Notes under the pieces: model-generated
What the model was told of the DNA's origin: nothing
Database searches by the model: none
Seen by the model: the letters and a program-made list of their open reading frames with translations, nothing else
Assembly: GCA_035221665.1 (NCBI GenBank)
Contig: CM069162.1
Location: 17,856,001-17,920,000, forward strand
From: Okamejei kenojei
Lineage: Eukaryota
Direction: 5' to 3'
Length of the DNA stretch: 64,000 nucleotides
Made by a program: the position numbers and the translations under genes
Shown here: positions 48,066-61,347 of the stretch, in pieces
Layout of the letters: the number at the start of each line of letters is the position of its first letter
Numbering within the stretch: position 1 is the first letter of the stretch

Positions 48066-48439
48066 TAAGCTGTATAAAATCATGAGAAGAATAGATCAGG
48101 TAGATGCACAGAGTCTATTGCCCAGAGTAGAGGATTCGAGAATCAAAGGATATAGGTTTATGGTGGTGCTGAAGAATTCAAGGGTATGGAGAATCTTTTT
48201 TGATGACCACACCAACCAAATTTCAAAATTAAGCTTAAGTGAAAGAGGTTCAGTGCTGTGCAAATAAAATGGTGATATATCACCGAGTCAAAATTGTAAG
48301 CAGCCTGGAGGGAAACCTACATCTTGCACCTGCTACCCTTACTGTGTTGGATGGGAGAAGTTGCCGGTTTGGGGCTGGAAGCAAAAGTCCAAGCAGTGGA
48401 GGACTACAAACTTAAAAGAGGAGCTAAATCCATGTTTAC

Positions 48440-48532
48440 CTTTACAATGCGACATATTAACACATCATAGCGCTGATGGTTTATCCTGTGGCGGATCATC
48501 ACCTTATTCACCATGGGAATAAATATCTGATA
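48440..48532 (-). CDS. MTOR: mTOR coding exon (exon 24 equivalent)
   Basis: YQIFIPMVNKVMIRHRINHQRYDVLICRIVK; tttttcAG/GTaaa; 93 bp. Confidence 0.96.
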
Positions 48533-49149
48533 CTGAAAAATATACAAGAATGTGTCATTAGAATCAAGCATTGGCTTTGTTCACCATTGATTACTCAAAT
48601 TTCTCTTAATGGAGAAACGATCAATTATATGTTACTGTTTGCTAGAAAATGCAATGAAACAGTAGTTAGAATTTGCTACTTTAATAAGTTACATATATGA
48701 ATAAAAAGACCCTGCAGTGTCATGCGTAGATGAGGTCGCAACACTCTTCCCTTTGAGTCATTAGGTTGTCATAGCGATGCCTTGATGTTTGATCAGAGTT
48801 GATTTTCATCCGAACGGCAGGAGTTGGCTCCAACAGTCTGAAGCTATGATGCACAAAGCCCGTGGCATGCCTCTGGGGTTTTACAAAGACCTAGCATTTC
48901 TCTTTTTGACTGAGCCATACAAATGCAAACCATGTCATTTCAATAAAGAGCACCTCAAGTGCTTTCCAAAAGGGCAAGGATACGGTTCGTCAGAAGCGAT
49001 ATGGGAAGCAGCAGAAAATATGTAGAAAAAAGGCCAGGTAGGGTATTATTTTCATTACAAGTATTACATTTTAATTATACAAGTTTGAATATTTTAAATT
49101 TAGCAAACTTAATAATGAACACAAACTTTTAAAAACGATTGCATTTGTG

Positions 49150-49600
49150 TTTTAATTATCTCCCACCACCCCAGTCACCCTGACCCATTCCCCTTCTCCA
49201 TCCGTTCATCTTATGCCCTTTCCATATCAGACTATGACCATTTTCCTTACATCCCCCCCTTTCTCTGTCCCCTTTCACCGATCTCTCGCCCTCCGACTTT
49301 ACATTTCACCCCTATTCCTATCTACGACCCTTTGTCTCCTTTTCACCTCTAGCCTTTGTTATCATCTCCATCCATCTGCCAACCACTCGTCAGTTGTGTA
49401 CCCTCCTGTCACTTGCCAGGCTTTGCCCAATCCCACATCGCTTTTCCAGCGTTCTTTCCCTCACTCCATTCATCTGAAGAAGGACCCCCAACCAGAAACA
49501 AATCTTTCTGTTCCCACCACAGATGCTGCTTGACCGCTGAGTTTCTCCTGCACTTGTTTTTGCTCAAGATTCCCACATCAGTCGACTCCTGTGTCTTTTT
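49150..49600 (+). mobile_element. Older Penelope-like terminal region with decayed hammerhead core
   Basis: Long pyrimidine-rich tract, then CTGAAGAAGG...GAAAC...agatgctgcttgaccgctgagtttctcc. Confidence 0.6.
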
Positions 49601-51002
49601 TTCCCTCTCAAAATGTTTTCACAAATATGCACAGGAGATTGAATGGTGCCTGGAGAACAGCAAGGGAGGGTGCTCCAGTGTTCTGCCCAATATTTTACGC
49701 TCAAACAACAGTACGAACATTTTGCACTAAGAACTATCGATTCCCTCTCCCCTGACCCTCAGTCTAAAATGTCACCAATTCCATTTCTCCAGAGATTCTG
49801 CCTGACCCGCTGATTTTCTCCAGCATCTATCTGAGGAATATCATACTGTTTATTATCACTTTGCTCTTGCAAGCCAGTGATGTGCACATGTTGGCTGGTG
49901 TATTTCCTGCATTACCACAGGAATAGATCTTCAAAGGGCTGATATTAACTGCAAAATTCATTGGGGATTGCTGATGACAATAAGCAGCCAAATAAATATC
50001 CTTGACACATTTTCCAAGGTTAGGGAGCTCTCCTCCCAGTATCATATTAAAAAATACCTCTTGTTCACCACTCGCAAACCTACTAACTGATCAAAAAACT
50101 TTATTATGTGCAAATTGACAGCTGCATTTTCATAATTTACAGTACTGTGCACTTCAAAAGCCCTTCATCAGCAGTATACTTTAGGGTAACCCAGTGTCTC
50201 GAAAGGTATTACAAAAATACAAGACTTTCTTCTTTTTCTTCCGCATATTAGAAGCGAATGTGTAAGCAACTGATAATTTGGTTTAACCACGATGAAATTA
50301 GAATCACAGAAACTTTAGGAAAGAGAAGGCCATCCTGCCCTTGTGTTTCTCCTTGAAGAAAATGCCAACTTCCAGCAAGAGGCCTGTATGAATTTTTCCT
50401 TAATAATTATACTTTTCTTGTCTCCATTTCACCCTCTCCAGCACAATCATCTCGTTCACATTATATGCCGATAAGGACTGTATGCCAAACTTGAGCAATG
50501 ATTCAATGAAAACTCTATTTTTGAAAGATTGGAGCACACATTCATGTCATTAAAAATAAATCAGAAGTCCCGACTGCAGCTTTCTTTCGAAGTAATGTTT
50601 TACGGGCATATTCTATGTAAATGAATGCCACCTAAAAGTCACCTGGGGCTTTAAATTTATAAAATTTATAACCCATGTCAAATAAAATAACAGTTAACGA
50701 GTACATTCATGGTGGAGGAAATTCCTACTAAATGGAAGGTTACAATTTTAAGCGTCATTTAAATTCATTATATGTATAAAAAAACTGTCCAGGGAAATGG
50801 ATTGAGCTTGCAGTTTTATTCTGCCTCGGCACATTTTATTGAAAATGTTCTGGAGTTCCTCCAGTAAACTGCTTTAGGTGCAGGCATAATCATTCTAGTT
50901 GTATATAAATACAGCAGCCAGTTTATACAAAGGTCCTTCTGACAGTAAGAAAATTAAGATGATTTTTTTTAAAGTCTTGACTTGAGAAAAGTTAGTCAAA
51001 AC

Positions 51003-51290
51003 ACTGGCGCCACAATGGAGTTGCCTTACAGCGCCAGAGACATAGGTTCGATCCTGACTATGGGTGCTATCTGTAATGAGTTTGTATGTTCCCCTTGTGA
51101 CCGCGTGGGTTTTCTCTGGGTGCTCCGGTTTCCTCCCACATTCCAGACGTGCAGGTTTGTAGGTTAATTGACCAGTAAATTGTCCCCAGTGTGTAGGACA
51201 GAACTTAGTGTACGTGTGATCGATGGTCGACGCAAAATCAGTGGGTGAAAGGGCCTGTTTCCATGCTGTATCTCTATACTAAAACTAAAC
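51003..51290 (+). mobile_element. V-SINE/HE1-like SINE
   Basis: gagttgccttacagcgccagagacataggttcgatcctgac; tgggtgctccggtttcctcccacattcc; ctaaaactaaac tail. Confidence 0.82.
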
Positions 51291-52049
51291 ACGGAAAAGT
51301 CTGTTCAAAAAGTGTAATGACACATTTAAGACTCAGCCACTGGAACAGGAAGCATAACCTCAGTGAGACCTCTGAATCCAAAGACAATGTCAATGACAAT
51401 AGTGCATGAAACATCTGGAACACCTCTGAAATCCAGGAGTGGAGCTTGAGACCATCACCAGCAAATAACCTTAGGAAATGCAATTGTACTCTGCTCACAT
51501 GAAGCCAAATAAAGCAATCCTGATTCCAAAATAAACATCTGCAATAGATTCCCCATAAAATCGTAATTTAAAACTAATTAGATCATATCTAGTGTTGAAG
51601 GTTTTAGCGTGGAATGTGCTCGTCTTGAGTTCAGTAACCAGTTGAGGCTATGAATCAGTGAATCCCTTACATACTGGGCCAAGTTCATATCCAGATGGAC
51701 ATCATAATGCTCAGTTTTCAACTGAACCTGTCAGGGATTATCTTTCTTCCTTATTATAATAGAGAATGCAACCAGTCCACCAAACAGGTCCAAGGCCAAT
51801 TGCCAGTCCCAATCCAAGTCCGAATATATTATGTGTAAGAAAGAACTGCATTCACAGAATGGGAGAATGGTGCAGACTAAAATGAAATGTAGCTATGTTT
51901 CCGTCCCTACTCTCATCAATCTCCTTGGTTACTTCTTCAAACAACAAGCAAATTCATAAGACATGATCTCCCACCCACGTTGATTATCCCTAATCAACCT
52001 CATTCTTTGGAAATACATGTATATCTTATCCCTCAGAATCCTCTTCAGT

Positions 52050-52587
52050 ACGCCTGTTCCACATAGGCGATTTTTCAAAAAACCAGTGACTGGATTCCCC
52101 CTACAACAATGTCTACGACAACCTACCAACTAGTCGACGGCAAGCTACCGACAACCAGAGACCCATTAGGACATCCACTTACGACCACACCTACAACAAC
52201 CTACGACCACACAGGCAACAACTGAAGTCAACCTACGTTCACCCGTGACAAGCTACGACCCTGTCGGTGACAACTGAAGACGATTCAGTCATCGGTACCT
52301 GCCGCCGGTTGACGTAGGTAGCATCTGGTGACAACCTACGTCACTTGGCGACAACCTGCGTCATCCTGGCGACAACATACGACAGCACCTATGTCAAGCT
52401 ATGACAAGCCCACTGTCGCCGAAAGGTTTTGAACATTCCAAAATCCAGCGGTGACAAGAAAAAAGTTACGGCTCTTTAGGCAACTTGAGGAGACAACTCA
52501 CGACCATACAGGCGTCACCCCGCGACTGTGGCGACAGTCTAGTCACCTGTAGTCGCCGAAGAAATTGCCCAAGTGGGACGGGCCCTT
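52050..52587. mobile_element. PIF/Harbinger MITE with internal repeated motifs
   Basis: Degenerate left TIR gcctgttccacataggcga, right TIR ttgcccaagtgggacgggccct; many ctacgac/gcgacaac motifs; related to 6578-6712. Confidence 0.75.
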
Positions 52588-53508
52588 TACTCTCCTATCA
52601 TGGATGTTCAGGTTACTGGTCCATCGTACTCCAAGTTTTTCATCACAGCCCTTCTTAAATAGAGGTACAACATTAGCCATTCTGCACTCTTCCAGCTATT
52701 CATCCATTTCTTATGATGATTCAACATCTCAGCTAGAGCTCTTGTAATTTCTTCTCTAATTTCTCACGGTGTGTCCTTGGTTATCCCTGATCAGAACTGG
52801 GAGATTTATCTGCCATTATAAGATTTAGAATATTCAGCACCTCCACAGCTGTAATACAGACTGTCCTCTAAGTAATAGTACATCCCCATTTACTTTCCCA
52901 AGTTCTTTTGTCTTTATGTCTTTAACTGTGGCCAAAGTAGAGGGGAAGTATTCATCGAAGACCTTGCCCATCTCCTGCACCTCCACACATAGATGAGATC
53001 ACGTTGGTTGGTTTCCGGGGGGGGGGGGGCTTTATGTTTCGTGTGTTGTGCCTGTGATGCTGAAGATTTTCCCTGAACCTGTACCTCACTGTACTTGTGC
53101 ATATGGTAATATATTTGGAAGGTAGACACAAAATGCTGGAGTTATTCAGTGGGTGAGGCAGCATCTCTGGAGAGAAGAAATGAGCGACGTTTACAAGTCT
53201 ACACTAAAACATAATTTACTGTGGACCATTCATCTTCCAGCATGTTTTTGGGATGCGGGATGAACTCAATGCACCCAGCCAAAACCTGTGCGGTATTGGG
53301 GGAAACTTCACACACAAAATAACCAAAGTCAGGACAAACCCAGCCCCCCGCAGCTGTGAGGCAACAGCATACCCCCCGTCTGTCATTCATGGCGTGGGTC
53401 TAGGCAGCCAACTAAAGCCATAAGCTGCTTTACATTGTGATTTTCCAATCAGTTGCACATTGATGTACCAACACTCAGAGAATGAGAGATCAATCAACAA
53501 TTTACAGG

Positions 53509-53688
53509 TGTAAGAAAGAACCTCATGCTTGAAAAAATGGAAGGTAGACATAAAATGCTGGAGAAACTCAGCGGGTGAGGCAGCATCTATGGAGAGAAGG
53601 AATGGGTGACGTTTCGGGTCGAGACCTTTCTTCAGAATGATTTACAGATAATTTACAGGAGCTATAAATTTATGAGACTCTTCTTCAG
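53509..53688 (-). mobile_element. Hammerhead-core short element with 12-bp TSD
   Basis: Minus-strand core CTGAAGA-A-AGGTC-TC-GACCC-GAAAC-GTC at 53608-53635; TSD ACAATTTACAGG at 53497-53508 and 53689-53700. Confidence 0.82.
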
Positions 53689-54206
53689 ACAATTTACAGG
53701 AACTGGATCAGTCCCGTGGCTCATTCCTTAAAAGCTAGTCTAAATATATTGCCATATATTAACTGCAATATTTTCAATTTATCACAAGCATCACCATGTA
53801 CCTTGATAGCCCCTGAACAGAAAAATGGAAAAGATAATGCAAGCCAAATGGAAGATTGCTTCATTGTTTCCATTCACGCTCAGTTCTCGACATGGATATA
53901 AAAGTTACCAATGGATCTCACACAGCTTTTGGCATCCAGAATTGAGGTATTCCCAAATGCAATAAAATAGATTCTAGAAATTGAGAAATAAAGCACCACA
54001 GATGCTGGAAGTCTAAACAAAAGTGAAAAAAACTGCATAATTAACAGTTGAGGTAATACCTAGGAGGAAAAAAATGATTTTAACTTTTCAGGTGATGACT
54101 ATTCATCATCTGGAAAAGTGTGGAAATAGTACATTTTAAGTTGCAGAGCATGGGAGAGGGAAGAGTATGATTTTGATGGGGTGGAAACCATCCTGCACAG
54201 GAGACA

Positions 54207-54435
54207 TGTGTAGGAAGGAACTGTAGATGCTGATTTACACTGAAGATAGACTAAAATGCTGGAGTAACTCAGCAGGTCATGCAGCATCTCTGGGGAGAAG
54301 GAATGGGTGACGTTTCAGGTCGACCGCTCCTCAGACCTTCTGAAGAAGGTTCTCAATCCAAAACGTCACCCATCCCTTCTCTCCAGGGATGCTGCTTGCC
54401 CTGCTGAGTTACTCCAGCAATTTGTGTCTTACCTT
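54207..54435. mobile_element. Inverted dimer of the hammerhead-core element with 14-bp TSD
   Basis: gctggagtaactcagc...gggtgacgtttc / aaacgtcacc...gctgagttactccagc; TSD CTGCACAGGAGACA at 54193-54206 and 54436-54449. Confidence 0.85.
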
Positions 54436-55654
54436 CTGCACAGGAGACAATTGCTTTGAGCAATTGAATGCTTGTTGTCTACAGCTAACCTGTCTGGAGG
54501 AGTGTGAACAAAGGAAAATGAAGGGGGATAGTGGTGAAAAATACCTGCTGGAGATGTGATGCAGAACACTACATTTGGTGAAATTAGAATGGACTGGATA
54601 TAATCTCCCAGTCAGAAACAGAGCAAAAATCTACGAATCTCTTAATTTTCTGTGTTTTCAACACCATGCACCCACTCTCACCAGCCCAACCATAAAACCA
54701 ATATTCACAATGAAAAAACTCAATCAAACAAACTCAAGATCATACACCATCCTCTGTAACAAAGGTGCCTAATTTTAGTTTTCATTCAACATTTAAGTTC
54801 TATAAACAATTAGAAGATTTTTTACCGCACATTTCTATTTAGTCTTATGCACCACAGAAATGGTCACTTCAGCCCATTTTTGTCCATTACACAAATCCCC
54901 ATACCCGTGCCAGTATTAGTAGTTTCTTTCTGTCTTGCCTATGTAATTACCCATTTTTAATGCCTCTTAAACATGGATATATTTTTTGATCCCACAAACC
55001 TCCCTAGTAGCACATTCCAGATGTCAGCCACTCACCATGTAAACAAAAAGCTTACCGCTAAAAGTTCCTAGCCCTCACCTTTAATCTGTGCCCTCCGCTA
55101 GGATTATAATAGTCTATTTTAATTTGTTTTAAATTTCCAGATTGTTCCCATTTTCTTGTCAGAAGATCAGGTCAACAGGGAAGTCTTTTTCTGACTATCA
55201 GAGTACCCCAAACAGTAATCTGATGAAAAGATTCAAAAACCACAGTAAGTTTTGATCAAGCAGGCAGAAACAAAAAAAACCCTACAGGGTGCCGAGGTAG
55301 CTAACCACAAAGACCACCACCATTTAAAGAAAAAAAAAATCATAATTTAAGAACCAACAATTTGTTGTTGCTTTGTGGTGAGTTAGGGCACGCTCAATTA
55401 GAAACAGAACATGTAATTGTTATTTTACATTAATTTATCAGTTGAAAAGAAAAATGCAAAAGATTACAGGATCAAATGGCTGTCTCCATGAAGTGTACCA
55501 TGGGTGCAATAAGTTGACTAGTAAGTCTGTGGGCTTTAAGCATGTTATTTTACTGTTATGTGTTTAGCATTATAAATTAATTACTTTTAGCTGACCACCA
55601 TGAGAAATCTTCTAATTGCTTATAGTACTTAAATGTTGAATGAAAACTAAATGA

Positions 55655-55920
55655 GGTCACAACCTCAGAAATAAAGGGCGCTCTTTTAAAAAGGTAAAGA
55701 GGAGCTTCTTTAGTCAGAGGATAGTTACTGTGGAACTCCTGTGGAGGCCAAATCAGTGGATATTTTTAAGGCAGAGATAACCAAGTTCTTAATTAGAACG
55801 GGGGTCAAGGGTTATGGGGAGAAGGCAGGAATATGGGATTATGTGGCAGAGATCAGCTGTGATTGAATGGCGGACTAGACTCGATGGGCCGAACGACCTA
55901 ATTCTACTCCTACAACTTGT
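55655..55920 (+). mobile_element. CR1 LINE 3' end
   Basis: ggttatggggagaaggcagg...gatgggccgaacgacctaattctactcc. Confidence 0.8.
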
Positions 55921-58220
55921 GAAATACTCAATTGCAATCAACACCATTAACAATGTAGATAAACACAGTAGCGTTGACTAGTTGAGAAGGAAGCCAGATT
56001 GTCTTTACAAGGAATGCACAAAGTACAAGGAAAAACACCATTCACGACTGACATTTCAATCCCATCTTGAGCCTGTCCGGGCTTTCCTCAATATGTCAAT
56101 TGGTGAAATTGTAGGTGAATATCTCTAATTCTATCATTCCTTTGCATATTCGGCCCCGACACATCTTCTAAGTCCCCTTCAGCCTTGAATTGGTTTTCTG
56201 TTGTTGAAGAATAGATACTGCATCTTTTCAATCATTTAAAATATATCACTACTCACCTGCCCAAAAGATTAACCCACTTACAGTAATTAACCAAACACAA
56301 CCTTTTCCTCCCTACCATGTTTACTGCTGTAGAAATTTGTAAGATCAGGAAAATACGTAATCTTCCACAAATGAATTCTTAGGTTCATAAAAAAAAAGTG
56401 CTGATATGATTAAAATTAAATTTGCACTAAAAATACAAGAATTTACATTAAGTTTTGTTTTGCACTTTGAAACAAGTGATTTCACTGTTTCAGTTGCACT
56501 TGATGGAACTATGACGCTACATTTCTACATGCTAAAAGCCAATGCATGCTGTGCAAGGTTTCTGTATTAAAAATATCTCCTGCATACCGCTCTGTACTGC
56601 ATTACTGCATTTAATGTCCTTCCATGAATGCTTCAAAGGGCACCACTTTTCAGTCCGGTGCTTTTCACAGTGGACTACAGTACACCAAAGACAGTATCAA
56701 ATACAGATTTTTGCCCACTGTTTATATTGCTAACCAAGAGAAAAGTATTAAGCATTCTTTTCACTCACACACAAAAATCTGCCATTCATTGAAAGGAAAT
56801 ACAACTCACACTTCACTAGATACAAGACTTAGCCAAGAATAGCAACTTTACATCTTGATTCCTTTCAGTAAACATTCATTAAATGTCCACAGTTATTTTT
56901 AAAAAGTGACTTTACAGCTACATTTAAAAAAATACAAGTTCCTAGACATCTATTCATGAAGCACTTGTATTTAGCAGACCAATTACCAGACGCTCCCTGA
57001 CTTATGTAAGGGTTAGTTCCCACGGACCCTTGCGCGTCAAATGTAATGCAAGTTGGAAACGGAAGTGCGCACCTGAAACCTTACTATCCAACACGGAGAC
57101 TACGGGTACGCCTGGGTCAATGTGCCTGCGATGCTGCTACAGGAAGATTTTTGTTGTACTTCTACCTCACAGTACTTGTGCGTACGGCAAAGTTGACTTG
57201 ATTTACATTCTCGTGTGCTGTTTCTATTTTGTTGTGTTATTGTGCTAATATACCTGCAAACCTGTAGCGAGTAAGAATTGTATTGTTCCGGTCCTGGTAC
57301 ATATTCAGATGCAGATTAAATTATGAAAATACTAAAAGAACCAAAGGAAAAAAAATTGGAGTTTTTTCGCTGGTAGTTAAGCCGTCTCAACAGAATTAGG
57401 CAACAATTTGCACAGCTCCTAAAATGAACCAAAATTTCAAGGGGAAAATTGAGAGCTCAATACTTAGATTGTTCTATTTTTCACAGAACCTTGCCTGTTT
57501 TACGTCAGCCTCATTACAGAAGGGTGTCTTACTTTAGACAAAGATCTGAAAACATTCAAACAAGCAAAGTATATTTGGGTGCAGAATGTATTTTGTACAT
57601 GAACAGACTTTGTGGTTGGGTCTTTTGGTTTGGTTAGTAGAATAAAGGCAATGGGTTACAGTTCTATAACAATAGCAAATTGGTACACAACTTTCTCATA
57701 ACCTGATTTTGAGAAGGACTAAACTTTCTGGGCAACAAAGTATAAGCACTTGCCTCCAAAAGCAGTTACTATTTCACCCCCCAACCAGATTCGTATTGAA
57801 GGAAGTCCAAAGAAGGTTCTCAACCGAAAACATTACCTGTACATTTCTCTCTGCAGATAGCGCCTCTCCCATCGAGTTCCTCCAGCACTTTGTTTTTTGC
57901 TCAATATTCTAGCATCTACAGTTTCTGGGCTTTACAGTTTTCTTTTTCTCTAAAATAAATTGCCATTTCAAGTGGCTTTACGTTGTTTGCTCATGCCCAT
58001 AACAACTGGGTTGAAATTGGGTAAAATCATTCCATATTGTTCTCTGATACCAGTGATAATGCATTGTTCCGAATTAAATTTAAATCTAAGAGATGAATGT
58101 TCTAACTATACATAGACACCAACCAATATTGTTGAAATAGGAAATGCAGGTACACATAGTACAGTATATACACTATGTTTATATCTATACTAGAAAGATG
58201 GGTAATTAAGTTATTTTCAC

Positions 58221-58383
58221 CTTTTTTCCAAGTTGGAATACCAATGATGAAAGTGTGTCCATTGCAGTTTGACGCAATTCTGGAGTAAAATCCAGTGTAC
58301 GAACTATTGGATGAATAATCCTCGACGCGTAGTCAGTGAAGTCCAGGGATTCTGTCAGACGATCCAGAGTCTCCAAAGCCACC
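58221..58383 (-). CDS. MTOR: mTOR coding exon (exon 23 equivalent)
   Basis: VALETLDRLTESLDFTDYASRIIHPIVRTLDFTPELRQTAMDTLSSLVFQLGKK; gttAG/GTgaa; 163 bp, completes the split codon of the previous exon. Confidence 0.96.
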
Positions 58384-58805
58384 CTAACGCATTTTGGAAA
58401 GAGATCAATGTATGATCAAGAAACAAGGCCAATTTTTGTCCTTCCTCCTTCCAACTTTTATTTACGTTTGGCCAAAAGGCTTGAATTCCACATATTTAGG
58501 ATCTATTATTGTACAATATTACAAGCTTTCTATAACCCTCACTAACCCAGGATGCTATATTCTGTACAGTAAATATTCACATCCCATGTAGATGAGAAGA
58601 ACCATTAACTACACCAACCTTAGCCTCACAAATAGCAAACAGCCTAGTGATTTTCTTACATGAGACCCCACTCAGGAGTTTCATCCAACCATTTCAATGC
58701 TTCTCGCTACTTTTTATATAGTTGAAAGTATGTACAAACGTGACAGATGTTTGTTAAAGGTTTTGAAGGACTGCATAGATTGTATATGAACAACTGCAGA
58801 CTTAC

Positions 58806-58918
58806 TTTCTAGGCGCCAGTGGTACTTCTTGTCCATCAAATAATTTGACAATTGGAGGAAGAAGAAGATGCAAATAATCATCCAGATTGGCACCAAACAG
58901 TTGTATTGCATTCAGTAA
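58806..58918 (-). CDS. MTOR: mTOR coding exon (exon 22 equivalent)
   Basis: [37 protein letters not shown](K); tgtAG/GTaag; 113 bp. Confidence 0.96.
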
Positions 58919-60271
58919 CTACAGAAAGAAATCAACATCAATGGGTCAGTGGCACTTTATTGTCATATGCACCTAGGTACAGTGAAATTCCTTTTTTGCA
59001 TACAGTTCGGTAGAATTCTTATTTATACATAAGCACAATCATACTGAAGTACAAGGATATAGGAATAATAAATTACACTGACACAGAACTCAAGAGTCAC
59101 CACATTTTTAGCACTACATTGTGCGATTTGAAGTCCAAAGTTGTTAAACATGTTAACTCGGCGATAATGGCTCGTTATCCTGGCAGTGGCACAGGATTTG
59201 AAGAGAAAGTTAAAATAATACATCTGAAATTAATTTCTGTCATGAATTGTGAAACTGCTAAATAAAGATACTAAAATTGAAACATGCATTGCCTGAAGTG
59301 GCATAACTTTGTCAACACCCTTTATGTGGCGACTATTGCACACTTTGGATATGGAAGCAAAGAATTTCACTGTGACTTGTCACATGTGACAATAAAGTAT
59401 TCATTAATTCAAGTGCAAAGCATCTGACGAATTAAACTACATTATTTTGATCACTGAATACAATTGGAAGTTTCCAGTGCAGCTACTGTTTTATAATTCA
59501 TCAAAGCCCTAAACTTCAATAGCATGTGGAACACCAAAGGACAAAACAGATTGTACAGGGTGCATAGTAATCTACAGAGAGTCAGAAGGAAGATCCAATT
59601 TCTTGGCATCAATATTTTATTAAGAGAATCCAGCAATCAAAATGAATACTGAGTGGCAACGAGCAAAAGTTTTCCAATTATAAGAAATTGGATAGTAACA
59701 TGCTAATTTGGGAACACTGCAATCCACTCCAACATTTTGGTTTCTGGAATCAATAATTTGATTAAAATGCAACAGAGCCAAAAAATTCAATAAGGTTACA
59801 ATTCACCGAAGTATTATGATATTCGCGTTCAAACTTCAAAACTAGTTTATCCGTCTCCTTTATCATCAATGACAAATTATGTCAAAGAGAGTTTTAATAA
59901 TAAATACAAATTTAGTTATTGCTAAGCTGTTATTAAGCTGGGCTGTGAACCCTGTGAGGGAATTTTGAAATCTACCTATTTTATCTCACAACTCATGAAA
60001 ACTTAACCCATTAATCATTAAATAATGTACTGTAAAGCAGTGATGCCGATTTAAGACAGTTTTCTCTGGTCCAGCTTTTCTCAGCTTTTCTCAGCTTTTA
60101 AAAAAAGTTTTGTAATATAGAATTATAGTCCAATAAAGATTAAATAAAACATTTTACGGCACAAACAGAAAACTGTCAAGGGCTGAAACTGGATATTTTA
60201 GTCTGGAGGATTTTAACTATCAAAATAATTTGGTCCATTAATAAATATCATCAAAACTTTACTAGACTCAC

Positions 60272-60439
60272 CTTGATTGTGACACTACGGCCTGCACTGG
60301 TGTCATGCATGAAGACACGTAACATGTGAGGAATTAGCTGCGGTAGATAAAGCTTAAACTCCCCTCCCAAAGCGACAACAATCTGCTCAATGACCAGAAT
60401 GATCGTATTTTGCATTTGGTTGTTAAGTGTCCAATATTC
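60272..60439 (-). CDS. MTOR: mTOR coding exon (exon 21 equivalent)
   Basis: EYWTLNNQMQNTIILVIEQIVVALGGEFKLYLPQLIPHMLRVFMHDTSAGRSVTIK (inside ORF 60251..60481); tacAG/GTgagt; 168 bp. Confidence 0.97.
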
Positions 60440-60552
60440 CTGTAAACAGCAGAAGATAATGACTTTTAAAATTAAATCCACATTTAAAGTTCTTCTTAAA
60501 GGAATGTACTTTTGTGCTGGCTTAAGAAATCAAACAAAGAGTGTCTGTAGAT

Positions 60553-61310
60553 TTAGAAACATAGAAAATAGGTGCAGGAGTAGGCCATTCGGCCCTTCGA
60601 GCCTGCACCGCCATTCAATATGATCATGGCTGATCATCCAACTCAGTATCCCGTACCTGCCTTCTCTCCATACCCCCTGATCCCCTTAGCCACAAGGGCC
60701 ACATCTAACTCCCTCTTAAATATAGCCAATGAACTGGCCTCAACTACCTTCTGTGGCAGAGAATTCCAGAGATTCACCACTCTCTGTGTGAAAAATGTTT
60801 TTCTCATCTCGGTCCTAAAAGACTTCCCCCTTATCCTTAAACTGTGACCCCTTGTTCTGGACTTCCCCAACATCGGGAACAATCTTCCTGCATCTAGCCT
60901 GTCCAACCCCGTAAGAATTTTGTAGGTCTCTATGAGATCCCCCCTCAATCTTCTAAATTCTAGCGAGTACAAGCCGAGTCTATCCAGTCTTTCTTCATAT
61001 GAAAGTCCTGACATCCCAGGAATCAGTCTGGTGAACCTTCTCTGTACTCCCTCTATGGCAAGAATGTATTTCCTCAGATTAGGAGACCAAAACTGTACAC
61101 AATACTCCAGGTGTGGTCTCACCAAGACCCTGTACAACTGCAGTAGAACCTCCCTGCTCCTATACTCAAATCCTTTTGCTATGAATGCTAACATAACATT
61201 CGTTTTCTTCACAGCCTGCTGCACCTGCATGCCTACTTTCAATTACTGGTGTACCATGACAACCAGGTCTTGTTGCACCTCCCCTTTACCTAATCGGCCA
61301 CCATTCAGAT
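60553..61310 (-). mobile_element. Young 5'-truncated CR1 LINE (RT C-terminus in an open frame)
   Basis: ORF 60643..61242: LLQLYRVLVRPHLEYCVQFWSP...IEGVQRRFTRLIPG...RRLRGDLIETYKI; tagaaacatagaaa tail. Confidence 0.92.
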
Positions 61311-61347
61311 TTCCCCCTGTGTTCAGATTTCCTCCTACATCCCAAAG

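Noticed and set aside
52130-52560. Repeated ctacgac/gcgacaac motifs as a CRISPR-like array or coding repeat
   Set aside because: Units are short, irregular and lack repeat-spacer periodicity; they lie within Harbinger-type TIRs in a vertebrate intron.
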